Positions 24,880 through 33,558 of a DNA stretch of 37,407 bases are shown piece by piece (the first letter of the stretch is position 1; each line of letters starts with the position of its first letter). Location of the stretch: positions 1 through 37,407 of the IMG/VR virus record IMGVR_UViG_3300045988_109372, one strand, 5' to 3'. The position numbers and the translations under genes were made by a program. Under the pieces are notes generated by a model, which was given only the letters and a program-made list of their open reading frames with translations, did not search any database and was not told the origin of the DNA. The DNA is from a virus.

Positions 24880-25788
24880 ATGGAGAAAATCACATTTTCA
24901 ACCGTTCTCGGTACGGCGGTAACGATAGACGATGTCAACACATCATCTGACGCAGACGGATACATACCGCTTCACCTGCTTAGCTTTGAGGGAAATGCGC
25001 TCGGATATAAGCACGACAGCTCCGAGCGTGTAGGCTTTGACGGTGCGGGATTTTACGGCGCAAAAGCGAATATCCGTACTATCACCGCAGAAATCGCTCT
25101 GCTTCCTCGCAGTGGAAAGCCGGCTACAATGTATGAACTTCGCAGAAAGCTCCTGAGGTACTTTCCCGCCGGTGTTGAAGGTACGCTTAAATACACGAAC
25201 AGCACCGGCAAGACGTATCAGATTGAGGGTGTTGTCAGTGAGCTTCCTGCGGTAGAACGGCAGGTAGGAGTGCTGTGCACGGCAAAGGTATCAATATTAT
25301 CTTATGTACCATTCTGGCGCGTAAAAGCCGATGATGTAGAATTAACTGCCGACGCGGGAGCAACGCAGGATATCAGTTTTACCGCCGGTACAGAAGAAAA
25401 GATACCTGCTATGCTGTATGTTTCGGCAACCGTACTGATGTCGGGAACTGACACGCATTCAGCTATAATTACGCTGAGCGGTCAGGATAAAGCGATACCG
25501 TACAGCTATATGAGTATTACCGGGAAAGAACCACAGCGGGGAAGCAAAACGATAACCGGAGAACTTCAACTGACAAAATATCTGAGCACAAGCGAAACGG
25601 TAAATATCGACTGGGGACTGCTCGGTAAGGTATATATTCCTCCCACTCAGCGAGCATTTATCGATCTGGTAAAATCGACATCTCAATATGTATATCCGGG
25701 ATATAACACGTTAACGATAAAAAATAACGCAACAGCGGGCACGATTAAAGCAAAACTGGTGCGTTTTGATTATGTAAGGAGTATCTGA
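24880..25788 (+). CDS. Distal tail protein (Dit-like, Sipho_tail family)
   Basis: 302 aa, immediately after the tape measure and overlapping the next tail gene (ATGA). The call rests mainly on position and size. Confidence 0.6.
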   Translation: MEKITFSTVLGTAVTIDDVNTSSDADGYIPLHLLSFEGNALGYKHDSSERVGFDGAGFYGAKANIRTITAEIALLPRSGKPATMYELRRKLLRYFPAGVEGTLKYTNSTGKTYQIEGVVSELPAVERQVGVLCTAKVSILSYVPFWRVKADDVELTADAGATQDISFTAGTEEKIPAMLYVSATVLMSGTDTHSAIITLSGQDKAIPYSYMSITGKEPQRGSKTITGELQLTKYLSTSETVNIDWGLLGKVYIPPTQRAFIDLVKSTSQYVYPGYNTLTIKNNATAGTIKAKLVRFDYVRSI

Positions 25789-28700
25789 TGATCGTAAGAG
25801 TATACAATTTTTTATCGGAAGAAAAACCGAAATTTTCACAGAACCTTGTCGGTATCGTATCAGATGTCACAAACTTTAAGTACACTCGCAGAGCGTATGA
25901 CATCGGAAGCTTTGAGATGACGATACCTACACACGCTGATGAAACCGAATGCATTCAACCGGATCGAATGCTGATAGTTGGCGAAAAAATAAAGCAGACA
26001 TACATAGACGGTGATCCTACGAAACGTATTGTAGTCGGCACGTTTTTGTATGTTACTGACGTTGAAAAAAAAGACGATACAATAACGGTTACAGGGTATG
26101 ACTTGAAGTATCTGTTTGCACTCCGTGTCACGCTTTTTCCGAAAGAAGAGCAGGACAAGGGGACATACGGCTATTATGTCACGAGCGGCACTACATTTTC
26201 GTGCATCTCGGACATCATTAACTACAATATCGTAAACACTACAGACAGCGACAGGCAGATATACGGTATGTTTGGAATAACAATGCCGGTTAATCAGATT
26301 AACGCAGATCCACCGCTGACGGGTATTCAGGACGATCGCTATATGACGCGTCTTGAGCCTGTTAGTACGGCAATTTTTAATCTGCTAAAAAACTGCAAGA
26401 CGCATTTTTACGATATGCGGCTGATTATTGACGATAACGCAGAAGACGGCGACAGTTATAATCCGCATATGGAGTCTAGCGAGGATAAGCCGACTATCAT
26501 CATAGACGAGAGCAGGTATAATATCAAGAGCTATACACGCAAGGACGGAACATCGGCATACAAAAACGCTATATATGCTGTTGTCGGCAGCGGCGACGCT
26601 GTTACAGTGAAATGCGTAAAGCGCCCTGATGATGCCGCAAGCGGCGTAAAACGTAAGGAAGTAGTGTTAGATGTCGATACTGACAGCGTATCCGAAATAG
26701 ACAGATACGCACTAAAGGCGGCAGAAGAGTATGTGATATCTGACGACTTTGAGATAGAACCACTATTTATGGATGACGAAGCCGAACCTGAGCTAGCACA
26801 GAAGGTATCTATCCGCATAGATGGCATTGAATACAATACCGTAATAACCGAGATCACGGACGAGTACGCAAATGGCAAGCACTCGCAAAGCTATGTATGC
26901 GGCGACAAAAAGCTGAAAGTGCTTAATGTACTGAACAAGGCAACAGCAGGAAATACGCAGAAGATCGTTAATAATAAGATTGCTACCGGTAATAAGCCGA
27001 CTGGCGTAGGTATGTACACAGATGAAGCCAAAAGCAGTGAAGTGTTTAACGACTACGGTCGTAATACGGCATATGGCAATTACTCGCACGTTGAAGGTCA
27101 TAAAAATAATCTGAAAAGCGAGGGGGCTGCTTGGAGCTGGGCAACGCACATCGAAGGTCAGGAAAATACAGAAGCAAGTCGAACATCGTGCCCTTCAGAT
27201 AAAAAAGCGTCAAATAATCACATAGAAGGCAAATTAAACAGTAGCTACGGTAGAATAAATCACGTTGAAGGCGTGAATTGCTTTGCTGAATATGATACGC
27301 AATGTTGCCATGTGGAAGGAAGTAACAGTCGGGTTTCTGAGGGTGCAAAAGTAGCACATGCAGAGGGAAAGGATTGCGTAGCAGGTGGGAACTGTACACA
27401 CGCTCAGAATCTCGGCACAATTGCAGAAAAAGATAATTGTACCGCATTAGGCAAGTATAATAAAGATTTTGACTATGCAGTCATGATTGGTGGCGGAAGC
27501 AGTGATACAGACCGAAAAAATATATTGACTGTTGAATGGGACGGAACTGTAAGAAATACAGGAAGCGTTTACACAGACGGAGATGTAATGGGCAAAAATG
27601 GTGTATTTGATGGAAATTTAAGCGTTTTAGGAAACGTCAATTTCTATGGCAAAACAAACTTCAAAGTCCCGATTGCAACTCGAAATGCTGTAGGCGGCAT
27701 AAAAATAGGCAACAACCTAAGTATAGCCGCCGATGGAACGTTGTCAGCGGAAGCGCAACCTGATATCGCCTCTGCTTCAAAAGCAGGTATTGTAAAAGTA
27801 GGTGAAAATATAGATGTAACCGCTGATGGAACTATATCAATCCCTGCACCGTGTACACTTCGCATAGATAATAAGGCTTCGGCAAATCTTGTGCACAAAT
27901 ATGTGCCGGTTACAACCTCAGAGGAAAAAATTTACTACGGAGATATCAGCAACAGTATCGTTTGTAACGGATATACTTTTTGGGGAAGCGGTATGACAAT
28001 TGCCGATCCGGGAGTTTTTCTTGATTTTTCGCCGACTTTAATGGTTGAAAAATTTGCAAAAACAGCTTCCGGAGAAATCATTGAGGACTGTGATTTTCAA
28101 GTTGCACTGGTAAACGTCGACTCGAAAGCGTTTAAAAGCTATCGTCTTGAAAGTAAAAAAGCGGAATTGACAACAACATCTGTTTATAAAAATTATTCGG
28201 TGCAGTTTGACCCTATAATACTCCCAACATGGAAAAGCATCATATCACCGACAAACAATCATCCGTATGGCAGATTACAAGTTACCTTATCTTTGATGTA
28301 TGTTAATTCGTCAAACAAAGTAGCTACCGGCAATAGTATAAGCGGGTATATAGATTTTGCAACAGAAGCAGAGTATAATGCGGCGGTATGTCTGACACAT
28401 TCGTCTGTGCGCACCACACGAATGGAAGAACGCACTAATGCGTTTATTATACCGTCCAGCATATCGTTAGTGACGGACACGCTACCGGAAACCGGTGAAG
28501 AAGACGTGCTGTATTTGATTTACGATGAAGATACAGCGCCTGCTATGAAAGAATATTTATGGCATAACGGTGCATGGAGATATCTCGGTACTACAGATGT
28601 CGATCTTTCTGAATATCTGAAATCAACCGACATATCCGCCTGGGCGAAAGCTGCAACAAAACCTACATACACTGCAAAAGAGGTCGGCGCGGCGACTGCG

Positions 28701-29330
28701 GCGGATATCACGGCGGCTATAAATGCAGTCAGCATAGGCGGTAGGAATATCGTCACAGGAACAGCCGATGTGGTTATCGGCTACGGCGGTCACAGTAAGG
28801 GTCACTGGCGAAAATACGGAGCGGCGGGAACGATACAGACCGTTGATATCACCAATACGCCGATATCGTGTGTAAGCAAAGGGATACGACTGACTTCTAC
28901 GGATGAAAACAGTCAGATAATTTGCGGGCAGGACGATATACCGCTTAATTCGGGAGTGATATATACTTTTTCCTGCCGGATACGCAGTAATTCGGCGGAG
29001 GGAGTTCCGTGCAGGTTACAGCCGTTCTATAAATCGACCACCGACCACAGCGGCAACACACAGGATATAATTATCTCGGACGAATGGCAGTATATCAGCT
29101 TTACGGCTAAATTTTCGCCGCAAAGCGCCGGGACATATTCGGGCGCGAGAATATATCTGCAACCTACGGCGGCGGGAAACTATATAGAGGTCTGCGCTAT
29201 GAAGCTTGAAGCGGGCAACAAACCGACTGACTGGTCACCTGCGCCTGAGGACGCAGAACGCAGAATAACAAGCCTTGAAGCAAGAGTGGCGGCGCTCGAA
29301 GCGGCGGCAGTATCGGGAGGTGAGGTATAA
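25788..29330 (+). CDS. Tail-associated protein / tail fibre (Tal-like N-terminus, repeat-rich receptor-binding region, C-terminal coiled coil)
   Basis: 1180 aa, following Dit. The N-terminus resembles prophage-tail (Gp37-like) proteins. Repeated H[VIA]EG motifs lie at about 27080..27420. A carbohydrate-binding-like segment is followed by ERRITSLEARVAALEAAA at the C-terminus. Confidence 0.65.
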   Translation: MIVRVYNFLSEEKPKFSQNLVGIVSDVTNFKYTRRAYDIGSFEMTIPTHADETECIQPDRMLIVGEKIKQTYIDGDPTKRIVVGTFLYVTDVEKKDDTITVTGYDLKYLFALRVTLFPKEEQDKGTYGYYVTSGTTFSCISDIINYNIVNTTDSDRQIYGMFGITMPVNQINADPPLTGIQDDRYMTRLEPVSTAIFNLLKNCKTHFYDMRLIIDDNAEDGDSYNPHMESSEDKPTIIIDESRYNIKSYTRKDGTSAYKNAIYAVVGSGDAVTVKCVKRPDDAASGVKRKEVVLDVDTDSVSEIDRYALKAAEEYVISDDFEIEPLFMDDEAEPELAQKVSIRIDGIEYNTVITEITDEYANGKHSQSYVCGDKKLKVLNVLNKATAGNTQKIVNNKIATGNKPTGVGMYTDEAKSSEVFNDYGRNTAYGNYSHVEGHKNNLKSEGAAWSWATHIEGQENTEASRTSCPSDKKASNNHIEGKLNSSYGRINHVEGVNCFAEYDTQCCHVEGSNSRVSEGAKVAHAEGKDCVAGGNCTHAQNLGTIAEKDNCTALGKYNKDFDYAVMIGGGSSDTDRKNILTVEWDGTVRNTGSVYTDGDVMGKNGVFDGNLSVLGNVNFYGKTNFKVPIATRNAVGGIKIGNNLSIAADGTLSAEAQPDIASASKAGIVKVGENIDVTADGTISIPAPCTLRIDNKASANLVHKYVPVTTSEEKIYYGDISNSIVCNGYTFWGSGMTIADPGVFLDFSPTLMVEKFAKTASGEIIEDCDFQVALVNVDSKAFKSYRLESKKAELTTTSVYKNYSVQFDPIILPTWKSIISPTNNHPYGRLQVTLSLMYVNSSNKVATGNSISGYIDFATEAEYNAAVCLTHSSVRTTRMEERTNAFIIPSSISLVTDTLPETGEEDVLYLIYDEDTAPAMKEYLWHNGAWRYLGTTDVDLSEYLKSTDISAWAKAATKPTYTAKEVGAATAADITAAINAVSIGGRNIVTGTADVVIGYGGHSKGHWRKYGAAGTIQTVDITNTPISCVSKGIRLTSTDENSQIICGQDDIPLNSGVIYTFSCRIRSNSAEGVPCRLQPFYKSTTDHSGNTQDIIISDEWQYISFTAKFSPQSAGTYSGARIYLQPTAAGNYIEVCAMKLEAGNKPTDWSPAPEDAERRITSLEARVAALEAAAVSGGEV

Positions 29331-29548
29331 TGCTTGATTTCGGAAAGTGGATCGTTGAGGTCGCTGTGAACGGCGTGAAAAGCGGCAGCTTTGACAGAGC
29401 ATGGGCGGCTATGCAGCTCGGCAATCATTACAGCCGTGACAGGATAACGGCGGAAGATATTGCGAGGTTTGACGCGGAGATCAATGAGTATGAAGCAGAG
29501 CAGGAAGAAATCGGTGAAGAACCGGTTGAAATAACAGATGCCAAATAG
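29330..29548 (+). CDS. Small protein between the tail fibre and holin (XkdX-like position)
   Basis: 72 aa with an ATGA-type overlap to the upstream stop. RITAEDIARF weakly recalls XkdX-family proteins. The C-terminus is acidic. Confidence 0.4.
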   Translation: MLDFGKWIVEVAVNGVKSGSFDRAWAAMQLGNHYSRDRITAEDIARFDAEINEYEAEQEEIGEEPVEITDAK

Positions 29549-29564
29549 GCAGAAAGGAAAAAAT

Positions 29565-29996
29565 ATGGAAAAATTAAGTAGTATTTTCAGTGCGATAGTT
29601 GCGACTATCGGCGGCGTAATAGGTTGGATATGGGGCGATTTTACGCCCCTACTTGCCGCTCTGATCGTGTGCATGGCTCTTGACTACATATCCGGCGTTG
29701 CGTGTGCAATCGTCAGAAAAGATGTGTCAAGCGAGGTCGGCTTTAAAGGCATAGTCAAGAAAATATTGATTTTAATGCTTGTAGGTGTTGCACACGTCCT
29801 TGATGCGTATGTGCTGAACAGCACACCAGTATTACAGTCAGCGGTAACGATGTTTTTTATTGCAAATGAGGGTATATCACTTGTGGAAAATGCGGCGGGG
29901 CTCGGTATACCGATACCTAAAAAAATGCTTGAAGTGTTAAAGCAGCTGAAGCTCAAGGGCGACAGCACAGAGAAAAGCGAAAGCGAGGAAGAATAA
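29565..29996 (+). CDS. Holin (Phage_holin_4_1 / TIGR01593-like)
   Basis: LDYISGVACAIVRKDVSSEVGFKGIVKKILILMLV....FFIANEGISLVENAAGLGIPIPKKM matches the remembered holin_4_1 consensus. It has three hydrophobic segments. ATG 29565 follows AAAGGA. Confidence 0.85.
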   Translation: MEKLSSIFSAIVATIGGVIGWIWGDFTPLLAALIVCMALDYISGVACAIVRKDVSSEVGFKGIVKKILILMLVGVAHVLDAYVLNSTPVLQSAVTMFFIANEGISLVENAAGLGIPIPKKMLEVLKQLKLKGDSTEKSESEEE

Positions 29997-29997
29997 T

Positions 29998-30906
29998 ATG
30001 AGCAATAGTCCGTTAATCAGTTACACGAGGATAAGCCCTCACAGAAACAGCCCCCGAAACCACAAGATAGACACTATCACAATTCACTGCGTAGTCGGCC
30101 AGTGTGCCGTTGAGCCGCTCGGCGAGCTCTTTCAGACGAAAGAGGCTTCGTCAAATTACGGTATCGGATATGATGGCAAAATCGCAATGTACGTTGAGGA
30201 AAAAGACCGCTCCTGGTGCTCCTCGAGTGCAAGCAATGACAACAGAGCTATCACAATAGAGTGCGCAAGTGACAGTTACGAGCCGTATGCTATCAATGAT
30301 AAGGTATACAAGTCACTGATTAAGCTCTGCGTGGATATATGCAAGAGAAACGGCATTAAAAAGCTAATGTGGAAAGCCGATAAATCGCTCATCGGACAGG
30401 TCGACAAGCAGAATATGACCGTACACAGATGGTTTAACTCCGGCAAATCCTGCCCGGGCGAGTACATATACAGCAGACTCGGTAAAATCGCCAATGAAGT
30501 CAATGCTCAGCTCGGTGTAAAGAACACTACAACCGCTGCTTCAAAGAAATCAAATACCGAGATAGCTAAAGAAGTAATACGCGGTTCATGGGGTAACGGC
30601 GTGGAACGCAAGCAGAGATTGACTGCTGCCGGCTATAATTACACGGCTGTACAGGCAGAAGTTGACAGAATGCTCGGTAAGAAAACATCGACAGTTTCCA
30701 AACCTGCTAAAATCAGCAAGGGTGACCGTGTGAAAATAAAGCAGGGCGCAACCTGGTACGGCGGAACTAAGGTCCTTACAGGCTGGCTGCTTAAAAAAAC
30801 GTGGATTGTCGATGAAATTGTCGGCAATCGTGTTGTGCTCGGCAAGGATACTACGGGCGTTTTTGACATACAGTCGCCGATAGACGTTAAGTACCTGAAA
30901 AAATAA
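29998..30906 (+). CDS. Endolysin: N-acetylmuramoyl-L-alanine amidase (Amidase_2) plus a Cpl-7 (CW_7)-like repeat and an SH3-like C-terminal domain
   Basis: IDTITIHCVVGQ, NYGIGYDGKI, NDNRAITIECAS, HRWFNSGKSCPGEY are Amidase_2/PGRP motifs. AKEVIRGSWGNGVERKQRLTAAGYNYTAVQAEVDRML is a CW_7 motif. Confidence 0.9.
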   Translation: MSNSPLISYTRISPHRNSPRNHKIDTITIHCVVGQCAVEPLGELFQTKEASSNYGIGYDGKIAMYVEEKDRSWCSSSASNDNRAITIECASDSYEPYAINDKVYKSLIKLCVDICKRNGIKKLMWKADKSLIGQVDKQNMTVHRWFNSGKSCPGEYIYSRLGKIANEVNAQLGVKNTTTAASKKSNTEIAKEVIRGSWGNGVERKQRLTAAGYNYTAVQAEVDRMLGKKTSTVSKPAKISKGDRVKIKQGATWYGGTKVLTGWLLKKTWIVDEIVGNRVVLGKDTTGVFDIQSPIDVKYLKK

Positions 30907-30917
30907 GTACAATAGTT

Positions 30918-30960
30918 ATCCCCCGGCGGAGCGATAAGGCTCTGTCGGGGGATTTTGTCG
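30918..30960 (+). terminator. Terminator after the lysis module
   Basis: The stem ATCCCCCG/CGGGGGAT has an inner GAGC/GCTC pairing and is followed by TTTTGTCGTTTT. It lies between convergent genes. Confidence 0.65.
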
Positions 30961-30983
30961 TTTTACTTTATGAACAATTTATA

Positions 30984-31490
30984 TTACTTATTTTTGCTTT
31001 GATTTTCTGATATAAAGTGCTTAATGCCTCTGTAATATCCAAGCAAGAACGCGGTTTGTTCTGCGCTACTTGCCACCTTGTCATTTGTGTAATCGCTGCG
31101 ATCAATAGTTGACATAACCTCAGCTATCCATATGTTCTCCTGCTCTGATAAAATGCACATTGGCATAGCTTTTTTGGCAAGTTCCAGCAATGCAATCGTT
31201 GGGTGCTCTACGGCATAAACTAGTTCGGTAGGTGCTGTGATTTTTGGAATTTTCGATGATATATAACCATAAATTTCACCGACGCTCTCAAACATATCTG
31301 CTCTTGTAAATTTAACTTTCTCGGCAACGTCAAAATCATCAAGAACGGTTTTAAGTTTTTTTACAAGTTCAGGGGAAGGATTTCTTAAGCCGTTCTCAAT
31401 CCTGCTTAATTGCGATTTATTCGTGTCACAAATCTGAGCTAATTGCACAAGCGTGTACCCTTTTGCTTTTCGCGCTTCTTTTAACGTCAT
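30984..31490 (-). CDS. XRE-family HTH protein with an uncharacterised C-terminal domain of about 110 aa
   Basis: MTLKEARKAKGYTLVQLAQICDTNKSQLSRIENGLRNPS is a classic XRE HTH. An AAAGGA RBS precedes it. It is the second gene of a leftward operon. Confidence 0.75.
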   Translation of the reverse strand: MTLKEARKAKGYTLVQLAQICDTNKSQLSRIENGLRNPSPELVKKLKTVLDDFDVAEKVKFTRADMFESVGEIYGYISSKIPKITAPTELVYAVEHPTIALLELAKKAMPMCILSEQENIWIAEVMSTIDRSDYTNDKVASSAEQTAFLLGYYRGIKHFISENQSKNK

Positions 31491-31543
31491 TCGTTTTCCT
31501 TTCTCTCTCTCTGCACTGTTGCAGAGGAAATGCGCCTGTTGAA

Positions 31544-31888
31544 TTAGTCCTTAATCTCTTCTTCCGCCGCTGCCCAGACATTTCCGCACTCGGCGAGGTC
31601 ATATTCGCCGTCCTCGTCATAGTGACGTTCTTCGATATAGCTGACTTCGCAGTCTAAAATTTTTCCACCCCACGTGCCGGTAAGACGCGCAACAGTCTTA
31701 TGCTTTGAAAGTTCTGTTTTTGCTTCTTCAAGGTTATCATATAGCTTTTCTTCAAAAGAACCGTTCCGTGTGCCGTTTAACTGATCGAAAGCTTCGTATA
31801 TTGAGCTTTTTCCTGCCTTGATATCCTTGATTGCTCTACTGTCGTTGATCTCGCCGTACTCTGTTACTAATGCGAATTTCTTTTCCAT
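31544..31888 (-). CDS. Hypothetical acidic protein (114 aa)
   Basis: ATG at 31888 (minus strand) follows GAGGAT. The longer ORF up to 32068 would run through the promoter. No family was recognised. Confidence 0.55.
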   Translation of the reverse strand: MEKKFALVTEYGEINDSRAIKDIKAGKSSIYEAFDQLNGTRNGSFEEKLYDNLEEAKTELSKHKTVARLTGTWGGKILDCEVSYIEERHYDEDGEYDLAECGNVWAAAEEEIKD

Positions 31889-31948
31889 GATTTTATCCTC
31901 ATCTTTCTCCGGAAGTGTTGCCGCTCCGGTCGGCTTTAGTATGTCTGT

Positions 31949-31977
31949 ATTATAACACGCTTTGCTGAAATTGTCAA
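31949..31977 (-). promoter_or_regulatory. Consensus promoter (TTGACA-17 nt-TATAAT) reading leftward
   Basis: The minus strand has TTGACA (plus-strand TGTCAA at 31972..31977), an exact 17-nt spacer, and TATAAT (plus-strand ATTATA at 31949..31954). It lies about 60 nt upstream of ATG 31888. Confidence 0.7.
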
Positions 31978-32088
31978 TAGAATTTTGGAAACTTTCAGAG
32001 TTTTGTACATTTACACAAATAAAAGCAATCTTTATTGTGCAATTTGCTATAGTGCTTAATACTGGCAAAATATTAGTTAGTTTCCTAA

Positions 32089-32112
32089 CTTGACATGCAT
32101 TTTGACATGCAT
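32089..32112 (+). repeat. attP arm-type repeat, copy 1 (CTTGACATGCATTTTGACATGCAT)
   Basis: This 24-mer contains two TGACATGCAT 10-mers and is identical to 32313..32336. A tandem AATTTCAGT follows at 32122..32130 and 32132..32140. Confidence 0.6.
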
Positions 32113-32180
32113 ACTACAGTAAATTTCAGTGAATTTCAGTAAAATTCACGATTTGATAATAATTACTGAAAATACAAGAA

Positions 32181-32209
32181 AACCGCTTAAGCAATACGCT
32201 TAAGCGGTT
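32181..32209 (-). terminator. Hairpin terminator downstream of the tRNA fragment
   Basis: A perfect 10-bp stem, CCGCTTAAGC-5 nt-GCTTAAGCGG. On the minus strand it is followed by TTTT. Confidence 0.55.
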
Positions 32210-32216
32210 GTTTCTA

Positions 32217-32266
32217 TGGAGCTTGTGACGGGACTCGAACCTGCGACCTGCTCATTACGAATGAGA
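32217..32266 (-). other. attP core: 3' portion of a tRNA-Thr(CGU) gene (anticodon arm to CCA end), not a full tRNA
   Basis: The reverse complement reads TCTCA-TTCGTAA-TGAGC-AGGTC-GCAGG-TTCGAGT-CCCGT-CACAAGC-T-CCA. That gives an anticodon loop with CGT, a variable loop, a T-arm with the TTCGAGT loop, the acceptor 3' strand and CCA. No D-arm or 5' acceptor strand lies upstream. Confidence 0.7.
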
Positions 32267-32312
32267 ACACAAAAGCCTTATAAATGGCTCTGTTGTGCGA
32301 AATATCTGCTTG

Positions 32313-32336
32313 CTTGACATGCATTTTGACATGCAT
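32313..32336 (+). repeat. attP arm-type repeat, copy 2 (CTTGACATGCATTTTGACATGCAT)
   Basis: Identical to 32089..32112 and in the same orientation. It ends 5 nt from the integrase stop codon. Confidence 0.6.
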
Positions 32337-32340
32337 GTTG

Positions 32341-33516
32341 TCACGCTTGCTTTTCGAGATACTCATCAAGCTTGTTAATGCTTTTCTTTTTGTACTTTTC
32401 GTCCAGGTGTGTATATATAGACATTGTAGTTTTTATGTCGGCGTGTCCCGCTTGTTCTTTTGCTGTCAAAACATCTACCCCTGCAAGGTACATCAAAGTG
32501 ATGAAAGTGTGTCTGAGCCAGTGCGGAGTGATACGAGGTATCAAGAACGGCTTTTCTATCGGTGCATACTTTGACGGACCTTTTCCGCCTGTCTGTATAC
32601 AACTCGCCCAGTCACCGTATTTGATATTTAAATCGTCAAGATAGCTTTCCCACATACGGCTAAATCCTGTTTCGGTCATCAAAGAGCCTTTGACCGTGGG
32701 ACACACAAGTCCGATCGGGTTGTGCGCAGTGCTTCTAAGGTAGTTGACGAGCTTACCGGGGATATATACTGTTCTTGTCGCCGCATCAGTTTTGCCGCCT
32801 TCTTTAACATATGGCTTGCCTTTTATCATTGCAACAGATCGCTCAACCTTTATAGTGTGTGTGTCAAGATCAATATCCTGCCACGTCAGAGCGAGCAGTT
32901 CACCTCTGCGCAAGCCCGCATACATCATAATCATAGCGGCTGTCTGTGCTCTGTGCGGGGTATCGGTTATCCAGGACTGCTCCTCTTCGGTCAGAGCTCT
33001 ACGAGTGGATTTTTCTGCCGTCTTAGGTATCTTTACCGCAGATGCGCAGTTGTAGTCAAGCACTCGATTTTCGATTGCTAGTTGTATAATTTGTTTTGCG
33101 ACATTTCGGATTTCAATTAAAGTTTGCTTTGCGTATGGCTTTCCAGTTTTTTCAGACGGCTCATCGGCACAGTCAAGTATAACATCTTGGATATCTGTAG
33201 CTTTTAGCTTAGATATGCTAAACCTATGTATAGGCTCGAGATTTTCAAAACGTTTTGAGTATGCTTCGTAGCGCTTTGATGATACTTCTATCTTTTTTAA
33301 TTTCAGCCATTTTTCACCCCAATATCCGAAGCTGTCGCGATCAGCTGTTATATCCAAGCCTTTACCTTGTCTGACTTTGATATCGTTAATTTGCTTGTCT
33401 ACTTCTTTTATGGTATCGCCATACACTACCTTGTATTTGCGTTTACCGTTTACCATGCCTAGATAGACTTGACCTTGATACCGTCCGTCAGATCTTTGAG
33501 TATATTTCTTTGCCAT
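32341..33516 (-). CDS. int: Tyrosine site-specific integrase
   Basis: It has an N-terminal arm-binding/SAM-like region. The catalytic region contains AGLRRGELLALTWQDID, HWLRHTFIT and GHADIKTTMSIYTHL (R..H-x-x-R..H/Y signature). It is adjacent to the tRNA fragment. Confidence 0.95.
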   Translation of the reverse strand: MAKKYTQRSDGRYQGQVYLGMVNGKRKYKVVYGDTIKEVDKQINDIKVRQGKGLDITADRDSFGYWGEKWLKLKKIEVSSKRYEAYSKRFENLEPIHRFSISKLKATDIQDVILDCADEPSEKTGKPYAKQTLIEIRNVAKQIIQLAIENRVLDYNCASAVKIPKTAEKSTRRALTEEEQSWITDTPHRAQTAAMIMMYAGLRRGELLALTWQDIDLDTHTIKVERSVAMIKGKPYVKEGGKTDAATRTVYIPGKLVNYLRSTAHNPIGLVCPTVKGSLMTETGFSRMWESYLDDLNIKYGDWASCIQTGGKGPSKYAPIEKPFLIPRITPHWLRHTFITLMYLAGVDVLTAKEQAGHADIKTTMSIYTHLDEKYKKKSINKLDEYLEKQA

Positions 33517-33558
33517 TTTCCGACCTCCTATGTACCCGCCTTTAGTGGCATGAAATAT

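Noticed and set aside
29180-29674. 164-aa minus-strand ORF across the tail-fibre end and the holin start
   Set aside because: It is antisense to three tightly packed + strand genes with clear family signatures. No RBS or motifs were found.
31889-32068. Longer 174-aa version of the minus-strand ORF starting at 32068
   Set aside because: The upstream 60 codons would cover the consensus promoter and A+T-rich leader, and they translate to a low-complexity hydrophobic sequence. The internal ATG at 31888 has an RBS.
32217-32300. A complete tRNA gene
   Set aside because: Only the anticodon arm, variable loop, T-arm and acceptor 3' strand are present. The sequence where the D-arm and 5' acceptor strand should be (reverse complement of 32267..32300) has no tRNA features and does not pair with the 3' acceptor strand. 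It is treated as an attP core fragment.
32284-33081. Several + strand ORFs (32284..32574, 32372..32644, 32722..33081, 32744..33055) inside the integrase locus
   Set aside because: They are antisense shadows of the clearly recognisable tyrosine integrase gene.
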